NCBI RefSeq assembly: GCF_009914755.1
Contig: NC_060934.1
Strand: one strand, 5' to 3'
Length of the DNA stretch: 64,000 bases
DNA from: the human T2T-CHM13v2.0 reference genome, Homo sapiens
Made by a program: the position numbers and the translations under genes. A model generated the notes under the pieces. That model had not been told where the DNA came from. It did not search any database and saw only the letters and a program-made list of their open reading frames with translations. Of the stretch, positions 39,311 through 52,345 are shown piece after piece; the first letter of the stretch is position 1; the number at the start of each line of letters is the position of its first letter.

Positions 39311-40799
39311 CACCCAAGCAAAATGACATAAATGGGAGTTAAAATATCCTGCTAAAAAGGTACAGATAATTGCTGTGAAATTTACATAACAATATTCACT
39401 GATTAGAAGTAATGAGTAATATATTCATTATTACATATGAACAATGAGAAAACAAATAAGAAACAGTAAATATTCATCACTACCTGCTCTGCTACTAGTT
39501 TATATCCTACTCCATCGGGAAATCCTTTTATGAAATCTTCCAAATCACTTCAGACATCAGAGATATTGCCTGTTTTGAATTCAAGCACTTCTTTGTTTAC
39601 CGCATGACTAATTAGTCAGGAATCGTCTAGCCCTATTGCAGGCATTAATTTTGCACATATGGATGCCTTATTTTCACAACTACATCTGAATCTCTGTGCG
39701 GGTATCGGCTGTGTCTTCCTCCTTCCGAAAAACCCCGAAGTCTTGCAACATGGCTTCCTGGTTGACTGTGAAATAAACTGTACATCCTGAATAACCAGAG
39801 TACTGGCAAACCTCAGCTTGTAATATTTCAAGGCCATGCAATAAGCAAACCCATGTCCACGGTACCAGGATTTGTGGTGTTCAGGTTGTAATAAATGCAG
39901 TTCTGTTTGTCAGTGGGGATCAAGGTTTGAGGACAGGAATGAACTTTGGGAGCTGCATACAAAAACATCCAATGATCTGAGAACACATGTAATACTTATC
40001 CACAGGCTTGATGTAAATATTGTAACTTTTTTCCTCCACCTGGCCCATTTTTCATATATGCAACTTTACAGGGATCTTGTTAAGATGAAGAATGCTATAA
40101 TTTTCCTCTTGAGTAAACTGAAGTATAGAAGAAACTAACTTTTACATATACCACACCTGTATATCACAATGGCAAAGCTAGGAAAAGTGTTTATCAAACC
40201 CTCCAACATCCCAGCCATCATTCTCACTTTTCTAAGAGGAAGACACTGATTTGACTGCCTCTCTAAGGGCAGGTCATCACCAGCTTCTAGAAAACCAGCT
40301 TACACACCTGCTACTGAATAAGCCACCCAGTCACTGCCCTAATTTTCCACATCAGAGCTCCTGGCTTCATTTGCCAAATGCCCAAGGCAAATGAAGAAGT
40401 TTAACTGGTGAATGTGGCCCCAGGAATTCTAGCTATCATCTCCCATCTCTGTTTTGAGTTTTGCTACAGCCAAATCCCAAGGCCCTAGGTCCCTATCACC
40501 AAGGGAGCTTTACCTAGACACTGCTGCACCCCCAAGGCAAGAACTGATATGATTTCCTCATATCAGCATGTTACATGGTTGGTCATGAAAGCAACATGTG
40601 CTGACTGGTGGATGGACCGTTAAACCTCTGTGTCAGGGATGTCACCAAGCATAACGATGCTTCATTAGGAAAATGTACTTCAGCATACACGTGGCCAACT
40701 AGAAACACACTTAGGTGCTCTATTCTAGTGGGGCTGCTCAAAACAGACTTTCGGAAAGATACTACCATCATAAATTCATCCGGTGAGAATTAACAACTA

Positions 40800-41200
40800 T
40801 ATGCATGACTACTGCGTTAGGTTGAGCTTGAGAAGAGTGCAAGTGTTTTTCCCTTACTTTTTACTGAAGACACTTGCAATCTAGATGGGAAGATAAGATG
40901 TACACACATAAGCAGGTAAGTAGTTTACAGAGCCAAGGATCCCAGTGCAAGAGATATTATGAAACTGTATTCACTACAGAAAAGAACTGCTTGTGTTACA
41001 CATTGAAGGTCAGGAAAAATGTGTAAGAAAGAGGGGAAGAGCATTCAAGGTCGGGGGCGTGGAGTCCTGAAACCCTGGTGCTTAGTGCACAGTGAGGCCA
41101 CCTGTCTGGCTGGCATAAAAGGGACAGTATCAGGCAAAAATTTAGGTTGTGGATGAAGTAAGGAAGTCATCAAAGAGCTTGGGTTCTATCCAGAAGATGA
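40800..41200 (-). mobile_element. L2 fragments
   Basis: CTTGCAATCTAGATGGGAAGATAAG, AAGAGCATTCAAGG, AAAGAGCTTGGGTTCTATCC antisense L2 blocks. Confidence 0.55.
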
Positions 41201-43483
41201 TAATTTTTCAAACAATATTTCTCAGAATTCTATGAGTCTACAGAGGTGCCTCAATATTCTCAAAGGCTGATATTAAGAATAAATAAATGTGGTGACTTTG
41301 ACCTTAAAATAAATGTATACTAGTAAACTAACATTGTTTTGATTGTTCTTCTATATTATGGTTGTATATATGATTTTGCTGGAAAAAAATAATGACACTG
41401 ATAATGGGAAACCATCTTTTTAGTTATCACAGGAAAAACAGTATCTGTTATTTTATTTATAATACAATTCGTTTCAAAATTAATTTAAGATTCATTGTAT
41501 TTTTTTTCTTCTTAAGGCCAATTCATTGTATTTTAAAATTAATACATGCTTATTTTGACACCTGGAGTTCCTCGTATCTAGAATGGGGAAGTTTTTACTA
41601 ACATCATTATTAATTGTATCAATCTGGCTGCATCCCATTATATGATGAGAACTAATTAAATCGGAGCATGTACCATTATGGGATTTAACTGCACATGGTA
41701 AAAAAGAATCATTTGCCTTTATATACACAAAACCCACATTAACTTCATGGAGAGCTAAGCATCGAGCAGGGCTGGCAGATGATGTGCTTTTGTCCTTGAA
41801 GACTCTAAAGACAGATATTAATTTCAGTTTTGCAACTCATTCAGAAAATTGCCTGGATAACTTGGGAAAGCCCTGTTTATGCTTTCTGCTAGTGTGTGTG
41901 TACATGTGTGTGCTTATGCCTGTGTCAGAACCCAAAGAAACCATGCCAGCCATAAAGGAAATTAAAAATAAACTTAAATATGCTTCCATATGCCAATGCA
42001 GGGGCCCCAGAGACTGGATCATAAACTTGCACATTTAAATTGTCTACATGAATTTTTGACTCAAAAAGTATACTAAGCAATTTTATCATCACAGTCACAT
42101 AAAGTAAAATATATTTTCACCTGGGGAAAAATATTCCTTAGGCAAGCAATGGGATATTTTATTTAGACATTCAAGTATCAGACAATTTATAATAAATGAA
42201 TGTTCTGGATTTTAAAGAGGCTAATAAAGCAAGTACTTTCCCTTGTATTAGAAGGAAATACAAAGTGAATATTATAGGATATAGGAAAGGGAGTTTAAAA
42301 CAATCAGTTTTATGGGATGACTGAGAATTTTAAAGTAAAATTATATGAACAATTTAAGTGTTAAATCCCCATATGTCAGTTTATTCAAACCCCCTTATAT
42401 TGCTAAACAGAACAGGTGTTTACGTTCCTAAGCTACCTGCATCATACTCATAACAATCTCTTCCCTTCTTACTGAATTGAGACAATTTTCAAATGGTGAC
42501 TTCAGTCACTCAGCATTCTTCACACACTGAGAACAATTCACAAATAGATAAATTAGTAGGTAATTAGTTTAGCAAATGTGTTTCTCTAAAACTTTATTTC
42601 ATATTTTTGAACTAAAAGTGATCATTCTAATTTGACATGATTTTTACCATAAGGTGTCAGTATAAAAAAAGGAGGCTATTATCATGCCACTAAAATTACT
42701 AGGTTTTCTATGCATTTGGGCTCCCTTCTTTGACGTATTAGAGCCAAGAAAATGAAGAGTTAAACAAATTTAATTTTAATTTCAATTTTAAAAATTGTCC
42801 TACAATAAAATGGCAGTCACTGACTTCTAAGCCAAGAGGATGCAAAAGGAGAGACTTTAAGTCTAATATGTAACATTATTAAGAAAAATTGGAATGAGTA
42901 TAAATAAAACGGGGACAGGGCAGAAAAGCACAGGAGATTAAAGTTGTAGACAGATGTGCTTGTTAGCAGAAAATCCACTTGTTTATTGAGAGACAGCCTC
43001 AATTAGCTGATGGTGGAAGTAGATAATGTGTTTATTGTTTCCACTTTGAGGAATGGTTTTCTTACGCATTTCCAACGAAAATAATGGCCCCAGTGGTGTT
43101 GACTTTGTCTCTGGGGCAGCTCCTGCCACCTGTACCGTTCCCTATAATCTCCACTCCCGGATCTAAGGCTTGCCAATCATTCCTCCAGCACCATTAGAAA
43201 GAGGCCTGGACTTCTGGGTTAAGAGACTTAGGTTTTGGAAAGGCTGGTGCAATCAGATCAGAAAATGACTACACTTAAAAACAAACAAAAAATATAGCTT
43301 GCAAAGGAGTAAGCAAGGCTGTGCTGTGGAGATCAAAGTCAGCCAATGGTAAAACTCTAAATGACAAAGCCACTGAACTCCCAGGGCTTTCCTTGGTTAC
43401 AAAATTGTCAATGGAAAGTGATTTGTAATTGTGCACAATCAAGAGTGTTTTTCTCTTTAAAGTCCTTCCTTAGGAGAAGCAGG

Positions 43484-43590
43484 TTGTGTGTGTGTGTGTG
43501 TGTCAGGGTATGTGTGTGTGTCGGGGTGTGTGTGGTGTGGTGTACATGTGTGTTTGTGTGTCGGTGTGGGGTCTGTGTTTGTGTGTGTTG
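43484..43590. repeat. Imperfect (TG)n tract
   Basis: About 105 bp of interrupted TG repeats. Confidence 0.95.
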
Positions 43591-45289
43591 GTTTGGATGG
43601 GATGATTTACCCTCTCATTGAAGGAACCTATACTATTATTTTGCTTTTATTATAAATGTCTTGGTCTTACAATTTAAGGCTAACATATACAGGTACGCTG
43701 AAGGCAAGAAAGAGCAAAAGGATATATAATATTTAAAAAATATAAAATATTTCAAATTTCACCATAGCCCAGCAGATGTGGAAGGTAGTAGCAAAAAATA
43801 ACCCATGTGCTGTGCACCGCTTTGACCCCATGACTTTTCCAGCCCCTCCTCATCTCCCTATGCAGCTCCTGTGCTATTATTTTTTTCCATTGGGAGCAAA
43901 ACTCTTTCAGAGCTTTCATTTTCATTCATGATCTGATGGAATAAGATAAAAGATTAGACAAATACCCCCCAAATCAGTTTGACAAGTATTCATCAGCCAG
44001 ATTTCAAAATGTTTAAGAAGGAAACCCTCTACCTTAGACAAAGTAATTAAGAAGAAGAAAAAAAGTCATTCTTCGTTCTCTCCGATTTGGTCTGCTCACT
44101 GGGTTGCTAGCTTTCAAGTCTGACCTTTCCTTGATATCCACTTATTGTCCCCAAACCTCAACCCACTGGGCAATTAGAACGCAAGACTCGCCTCCCAGGG
44201 CTGCCTCGTTTTAGTAGAATGCATGATCAAGGAGTTCTCTTGAAAGGGCAGGAAGCCCACACCAGTCAGGAGAACATCACAGGCGCTTTAAAGACTGGTG
44301 CCTGCGAACCGCTCATATCCGCCCTTCCAGTTACCAGAGAGACACCAGAAAGTGGGGGTCCTCGCTTTCCTTGGCCCTTTCCCCTTAATCTGCTGCACGT
44401 GTGTTTCTTTTCCCTGCTGAGGACTTCTGGCCCTCAGCCGTTCTAATTTCTTCAACTGCTTCTCGCTTTATAAAGTTATTGACACAAATTACTATCACTG
44501 GTCCAGAGACATACTATTGCAGGAAAACATAACCTAAAATATACATATCAATGTCTGCATAAGGATTTTCTACTGAACTTAGCTGTAAAAAAATAACATA
44601 TATACAGGAAAGGTTTATGTTTGACATAAGTAACCTAATTGGAATAACACACTTTTGGCTGCAAATCTCTGAAAATCATGCATTTATTAGAGACAAGGGG
44701 ATAAAAGATGCATTGTGAATAAGCTAAGCCTTCTCTAATAAAATGAACACTGACACCGATGAACTTGCCTCTGACATAATTACCTACAGCAAAGTTGGCT
44801 TCTTTTATTCATAAATCCAATTTCAGCAAGCGGAAACCCTAAACTTTCAGCAACAAAAGAAAAGATGAATTTAGATCAAGACATTCCAGGGATCAAGTCA
44901 GCTTGGTCAACAGCCCAAGATCACTTTGCACCACAAAGACGGAGGTGCCAACATTTTTTAATCTTTTCAAGGCAAGATAATGACTTTAAATGTCCCTGGG
45001 CAAAAAAGAAATGCAGGAGGGACAGCATGTTTCACAAACATTGACCTTTAGCGTAAGAATTGATCCCAAGGAAAAACAGGGATAAGAAAGTAAACCTCCT
45101 GGATCCTCCTCAAAATAGCTCCTCAAAATCTGCAATCACAACGGAGAACAGACTGGTCCTGCCTCCATTAAACTCATCACAGAGATGCTAAACCTTTAGG
45201 CACAGGGTTTGGGACCTACAAAGGAGTAGACATTTGCCAGCTCCAAGAAAGAAAGAAAGCTCTGTGGTAGAAAGAAAAAACAATTTGGT

Positions 45290-45500
45290 GATAATGGATA
45301 CAATAATTTTAACTTCCCATAATTTGCTTAGTGGTCACCTAATAGCATGCTTTCATAACTTTAACAAGGACCCAGAGTATTATCATAACTGCCTTACCAG
45401 TGATGGAATTGAGGTTCCAAGAAGATAAATGACTTGGTTAGGATGTGACAGGAAACAAGAATTAGTGTCAGGACTTGATGCTGAGTCATGGCTGACGGCC
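45290..45500 (-). mobile_element. MIR, diverged
   Basis: GATGGAATTGAGGTTCCAAGAAGATAAATGACTTG core-like block. Confidence 0.6.
45479..45489. promoter_or_regulatory. Consensus NF-E2/NRF2/BACH (ARE) motif
   Basis: TGCTGAGTCAT; motif match only, occupancy unknown. Confidence 0.4.
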
Positions 45501-45682
45501 TCTGCAAGTTCACCCAGACCACCAGGCAAACACACTGACCCTGCCCCAAATGCCTCACCTCCCAGGGGAACTGAGGAAGGCAGAGAAGAAAGCAAGGGAA
45601 AATACCAAAATAGGAAGAAAAGACGTCAATATTTCTCCCTGTCCTTCTAACACAGAAATAGCATATAGGGAATTCATTTATA

Positions 45683-45699
45683 GCACGCATGTGCGTGCG

Positions 45700-45735
<36 letters not shown>
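45683..45735. repeat. Alternating purine-pyrimidine tract ending in (CA)n
   Basis: GCACGCATGTGCGTGCGCACG followed by a perfect CA run. Confidence 0.95.
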
Positions 45736-45737
<2 letters not shown>

Positions 45738-46449
45738 AAATTTAGAGACTGTATTTTTAAATTTATTGCAGGTCACAGAGGCCCTAAGTGGAGGTATCTA
45801 TAACTAGCAAGGGGCTCTGGAAGGATAGCCCTCCAGTGGAACATTTCTGCTGTGTGAATGCTGCTCCTTCTCCAAATACCCGTGGATAAACTGCCATTCT
45901 TCTATTGGGAAAGCAAGGAGCAGAGAATGGTTTCTATCATCATGGTAATATGAGATACCTGAGTGTTTCAGTGGAGGAAAAGCACAGCTTCATATAAATC
46001 AACTCAAAATGTAAACATACCACTTAAATATTAATCAAGGTAATTACAGAAAAATAGTCCAGAAAATCGCTGTAACAATCCAAGATAAATAAATGTCCCT
46101 TCGCTAAAAAGAAACTCAGAACTCACTTGTTCATAACCTAACTTGACTTTCTTTGCACAACTCATACCAAATACCATATGCTTGGCTGTATCTGTTTGAA
46201 ATGAAATTATCTAATTTGAATCCAGCGAAGCTACACAACATGCATATTCAGGTTTATGAAAGGAGAAGACTGAGTCCAAGGTAAAAAAGCAAATAAAATA
46301 ATCACAATATACACCAAACTGAACCATATTATATTTTAATAGAGCAGTTTTCTCAACCATGTCCTTTAGGAAAAAGCAAAAGAGGAGAAAGGGCACATGT
46401 GCAGGTAGCAGGTGTGCTTTAGGAGGGACTGTGGTTAAAATGCCTTATT

Positions 46450-46929
<480 letters not shown>

Positions 46930-47060
46930 TAAAACTCCTTATTAATACAGGATAGCAATAATGGAGGCGGAGAGATGAGACAGGCTGGTTCTAGGTAACT
47001 GCAGGAAGGAGTCTCTCTTGAGTGGGTTTGAGACACCATTTTGCTGTGACAGCATGGTCA

Positions 47061-47259
47061 TAACTTGAGAAGAACATAAAAATGATTTAACACATGAAAA
47101 AATTATTAAACCATTTCATTTGACTCATACTGTAGTAGAAACATACATGTGTGAACATAAAAACCTCAAAAATTCACATACCATTAATTCCTACAACTTG
47201 GAAAGAGCTAGACTACTGAAATTGGCTTTTCTACTAATTTATAAAGTTTTGTGCAAATT
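47061..47259 (+). repeat. Diverged ~200 bp direct repeat, copy 1
   Basis: Shares AACATAAAAATGATTTAACA and GAAATTGGCTTTTCTACTAATTTATA blocks with 48875-49062. Confidence 0.9.
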
Positions 47260-47519
47260 TGTGGAAAATCTAAATCAATGGGAATCTAAGGAAACAACTG
47301 CCCTCGTGTCTTGCTGGGAGGAGGAGTCTAAGTGCTGGCCTGCTTGAGCTCTCTAAAGAGAGGGGAGTTGAGTTCTAAATGACAAAAAGGACTTCTTTAA
47401 CATGAGAAAACAGAACTGCAAACAGAAGACACAGCAAGTGCAAAGGCCCTGGAGCAACACCCAATGCGCTTGTGGAACAGGAGCAAAGCCCAATATTTTT
47501 GGTCACCAGGGGAGCAACA

Positions 47520-47660
47520 AACACAGGTACTTATGACTAGCTGTGTGTCCTGAGGTGAGCTACTTTACCTCTCTGAGCCTTAATGTAACATGGGGCTAAT
47601 TACTACCATCTTGATAGACTGTTGTGCTGATGTACAACTGACACACTATACCTGTGCAAC
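47520..47660 (+). mobile_element. MIR
   Basis: GACTAGCTGTGTGTCCTGAGGTGAGCTACTTTACCTCTCTGAGCCT. Confidence 0.75.
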
Positions 47661-48874
47661 ATTACTGCTACCACAATATAAATATTCCTGGCTTACACCT
47701 GTATCTTTTAAGGAGAATATTCTGTAGTGGATTTTCTTTTAACAGGTCATTAACTTCTTGAGGTACTTCAAACTAAAGTGCAAAGACCAATGACAACACC
47801 AGACCAACTATAAACACTGATCAGCCAGCTCTGAAGCCTTAACTCAGTGGGAAGCTATGATCCAGTTAACAAAAGTTGGGTTTGTAAATCACTGTTCAAA
47901 AATACGTATCTGTATAACGACCAGTTTGCAAGTTGAAAAGCATTCATATGCAAAAACTCAGAGGGATGATGATATTAATTTTTAGTCTCAGAATTTCCCT
48001 ACCAAGCCATATAAAGTGCTGTAGAAGAAATGAGTGAGAAAACATAAAGGATGCTTTCAAAAGGCAGATACAACCCAAAGTGTCACATCACCACAATCTG
48101 TCATTTTCTCAATATGTGTTGAGTAGATACATACACAGTTTTCTATTCTTAATATTTACAAATTTCCTCTGAAATTAGTTAACACTAGAGGTCTCCTGCT
48201 TGTAACAGCAACAGGTAGCCAGTCATCTTTTTGGAACCTGCTGACATCTGGTTACATGGGATTGCTCTGAAACTTCATCATTCAGGAAGTTCCTGCAGGA
48301 AATATTGTGTTTGACCTCTATGCAAATGACTCTCTGGACTTTCAGAAATCGCTACCGACAGTGCATCTGATGCCTCCAATAAAGACACAGTCCCAAATTT
48401 TAACATCAAGATTCTTCCAAGGACAGGGTAAGGATAGAGGGAAAAGGTGCACAGTTGGAAACAGGACTCATCCTCAGAGACTGCCCCAGTTTATCACATT
48501 AGGATAAACCGAACGTGTCAGATAAGAATTTGTTGAATTTACTTCGGCTAACACTGCTCTCTTTCTGAGTCTATACCGCTGATGAAAAGCCAGATGTTTT
48601 CAATCTGGAAAGCTTAACACTACCGCACAGCAAAACCAGCTGGCAGCAGCCTGAAAGAAAGTGCTTGTCTTGCTGGGAGGAGGAGTCCGAGCGCTGGATT
48701 GATGGTCCACAGACCAGACAGAGCTCCCCTGCCCCAGGCCATGCCTACCTTGCTGTTCTGACAGGCAGCTCCAGCAAGGACGGGCCTCATTAGCATCATC
48801 TGTCCTAGAGTTCAAAATACTTGAAGAGAAATATTGATACTTCTTTACACATAGATTTCTCTACATATACTAGT

Positions 48875-49062
48875 TAACTCGAAAGTAACATAAAAATGAT
48901 TTAACAAAAAAAGATCCACTTCATCTGACTTACACTTTAGTAGAGATGTATGTGTGTGTACATAAAAACATCTCAAGAATTCATATACCATTGATTCCTA
49001 CCACTTAGAGCTAAAGTGAAATTGGCTTTTCTACTAATTTATACAGGTTTATTGTGCAAATT
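48875..49062 (+). repeat. Diverged ~200 bp direct repeat, copy 2
   Basis: Collinear with 47061-47259. Confidence 0.9.
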
Positions 49063-49772
49063 ACTTGAATTTTTGGGACATCTACAAGAATGAGAATCAA
49101 TTTCGGAAAACACCTGGTATATCCAACTTTTGAGGACCTGAAAAGTAACCTATCTGTTCCATTGTGATATCAGCCAAAAGATCACGAACAAATCTTATCT
49201 ATTCAGTAAATGCAAACTCCCTCAGTACCACCAATAAGTGGCACTTTGTTGGTTTAGCCTCAAACTGCATTTCTTAAAAAAAAAAAAAAAAAAGTCATGA
49301 ATACCAACAGTCCTTTAATCTAACAGGCCCGATTTAGTGAGACGTAACTATTGGTGTAAATGGGTTCTCTTACGCCAGGTCATTACTCTCCTCTGTGCAT
49401 AGTGTCTTTCTCATCAGAAATTCAAATATATACAGCAATGTTTACTCATAAATTACATCAACATTGCAAAAACATTTCAATTATCCTAACATCTATGTCA
49501 GATAAGCAGACTGGGGAAACAAAAAATACATGATAGAGAATAAAGAAAGTATCACTGAGCCACTAGACCAAGAGCAGGGAATTGCTTTTCTCATATATAA
49601 GCCTTTGGGGGATAACCCCCAAGTCTAACGGGGAGCAAGAACTCAAAAACTCCTATCTGTCAAATAAAGCAGTGACTGAGTGAATAAGTCAACGCATGAA
49701 TGAATCTCTGAACTGACTATTAACACAGCAACAGAAATACTGATTTCTAGTATGATCCAGCTGCTGCATATC

Positions 49773-50649
49773 TTTTTGAGACAGGGTCTTGCTCTGTCGC
49801 CCAGACTGGAGTGCAGCGGGGTGATCACAGCTCACCACAGCCTCCACCTCCCTGGGCTCGGGTGATCCTCCTAATACAGGAGTTATTAAGAAATAATTTT
49901 TAGGCAGATAGAAAGGGTAAAAGGACTTCTTGATAAGGGTTTTTCGTTTAATAAAAGCAACCTCCAAACTGTTTCTTTTCTAACAGAAAGGCAGCTTGAA
50001 GAGCCAGGCTGGCAAGCTTTAATACACAAATGCAGGCGAGTAGAAACTGGGTCTACCTAACACGGCCAACATGGTGATTCCCGCCCTCTTCTCACCAGGT
50101 GTACCAAGTGTCATGGCCACCTGCGGATAACACCATGTGTTCAAAACATCATGGCGTCTGCATTTGCATATTAAAGGTCTAAGGTGGGAGGGCCAGGTTT
50201 TCACGGGGCTACGTAAATAACACACCGTCTCCTCCAGCATCCCAATATAAGCAACCACTTTTCTGCCGCACACTGGGTTTCTCTTTGTTCCAAGCCCCCC
50301 TCCCTTTTCTCTGTATGGGGGAGCTGTTCTCTTCTTTCTTGCTTGCCTATTAAACTTTGCCCTCCTTAAAACCACTCCACGTATGTACGTGTCGTTAATC
50401 CTATCGGCATGAAACCAAGAACCCTGGGGTTCCTCCAGTCATCGGAGCCATATCACTCCAACTTCAGCCTCCTGGGTAGCTGAGACTATAGGTGTGCGCC
50501 ATCATGGCTGGCTAATTTTTGTATTTTTTGTAGAGACAGGGTTTCTGCTGTGTTGCCCAGGCTGGTCTCTAACTCCTAGGCTCAAGCAACCCACCTGCCT
50601 CTGCCTCCTGAAGTGCTAGAATTACAGGTGTGAGCCACTGTGCTCAGTC
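49773..50649 (-). mobile_element. AluJ-type element split by an LTR
   Basis: Alu sequence stops at GGTGATCCTCC (49871) and resumes at CTCCAACTTCAGCCTCC (50456). Confidence 0.93.
49872..50455 (+). mobile_element. MER50-like ERV1 solo LTR
   Basis: TAATACAGGAGTTATTAAGAAATAATTTTTAGGCAGATAG start (TG decayed to TA), ATTAAA signal, CA end; 4 bp TSD CTCC at 49868-49871 and 50456-50459. Confidence 0.85.
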
Positions 50650-50959
50650 TGCACATCCTTTTATACTGGGAATAGTGAACTGAATCCAGACCTTCACACT
50701 GAGGTTTCCGACCAAGTATAAGCAGAGCTTTGAAAATGAAGAGGCGAACAACAGGAGAGGAACTGAATTGTTAGTTGATAGCCTTCACCTATGGTCATAA
50801 TATCCAGGTTTGTTTCCCACACAGTCTGATCAACATTCTACCTTGGTTGTTCTTTCTCATAAAAATTCCACTCAACCTCTTCAGCTCCCAAGCTCGCAGT
50901 GTTCTCTAACTTGCATATCCACTCTGTCAAGAATCACTGGCCCTCCTTCGTGATTAGTT

Positions 50960-51075
50960 ACTGATGGCACCCCCTGGCTCATAGGGGGTTTAGAGAATTA
51001 ATTAATGTTTGCAAAGTGCTTGTAGATCCACAAGCCGGGGGGTATTATATAAATGCAAATTATTAGCATTATTCT
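50960..51075 (+). mobile_element. Ancient CORE-SINE 3' end (MIR1_Amn/MIR3-like)
   Basis: AATTAATTAATGTTTGCAAAGTGCTTG...TATATAAATGCAAATTATTA resembles the 3' tail of amniote MIR-type SINEs. Confidence 0.55.
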
Positions 51076-52345
51076 GTTTTCCAATGGGGCAGACTGCCCA
51101 GAGCGTTTATTCATGCCTTATAAGAAAACCAAAGTCTCTTTAACTAGGTCTTCCTCTGTTCAAGGGATTGTCGATTTACAACCCCAGCTCACCAACGCCT
51201 GCACATCATCCTGTGTTCCAGGCCTTTCGGTTTTTTTTTTTTTTTTTTTCCCTCAAGGAGCTATTTTTGTGCCCTTGGTTCTTATGCTCAAAGCCTGCAA
51301 AAGAGATCAGAACCTACCATGAAAAACATATCCCATCTCCAGAAAGGAGCTTCACATCTCACTTTCTCATCTTTTGGAGGAGATAAGACAGAGGTCTTGA
51401 CTTTTAGAAAGTTCACTGCATCCCTTGGTGGGACCCTGGGAGGCCCTGGCCAAATTCTACTTTGAGTGATGACATTCTGCTCACCCCAAGCTCTGTGCTG
51501 CTTCAGTTGCACAGAGGAGTATTTATTGCTACTTCCTGCCCTTGAATGTTTTGCAGACTTTCTCTATTCTGTTTAAACAAATGCTGTGTTTCACCTGTCA
51601 GAGCCCCATCCCCTGGAATAAAGGAGGCCCAGAAATCTAACACCACGGCTATCACTTTTAGGGCCTAGACCCCTGGTTTATTTTGTTATGTAGATTGGAT
51701 GAGCTATTAATATATCAAGTTTACATGTGTAGTTTCTGTCTTTATCTCTGTTATTTGCATTTCAAACCTGGAAAAACAGTTGAGAGGTTATGTAAGCATT
51801 GTCCTGGGTCCTGATCTGCAAATTTCTTTGCCAACTTTTATTGGTCTTTGAAAACTGCATTCCTTTGTCCTAAAGAATGCTGTCTTTCATATCCTGTCAT
51901 TAGTATTATACAATGTTAGGAGCCAATTTGTCATACAGATCTCCAAACATACTTAAAAAGAGAAAAGGGTCTTTAAATTAGTCTTCATGTATATTAAAAA
52001 CAGAAAAAGACAAAAGGAAAAGACTGAAATCTTTTAAAGTAATTCCTTCATTTACTGGATTTTTTTTCTTTTTTCTGTTCATGGGCTCATATCTCAACAG
52101 TTACTGGATATTTATTGAATTTTATATGCAACACAGACACGGCATTTATCTTTAAGATATTTTTTGCCTCTCATGTTTTAGCTCCAAGACATCTAAGTCA
52201 CTTTGGTAGAAAGAAGCCAGGGCAGGCAGTGCCCACACCTCCTACTCGAGGCTTCATTTCTGAACTAGAGCAGTTACAGAGAACATCACAGGACCCTGAG
52301 TAGGCAGCCAGGTAAAATAATAAAACTGAACACAGTAACATCTTC

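Noticed and set aside
40870-40915. 46 nt plus-strand exon candidate with CAG|GTAAGT donor
   Set aside because: Lies in an L2 relic with an AAG acceptor; not distinguishable from a pseudo-exon.
49605-49622. TTGGGGG-ATAA-CCCCCAA stem-loop
   Set aside because: A 7 bp stem is expected by chance in 64 kb.
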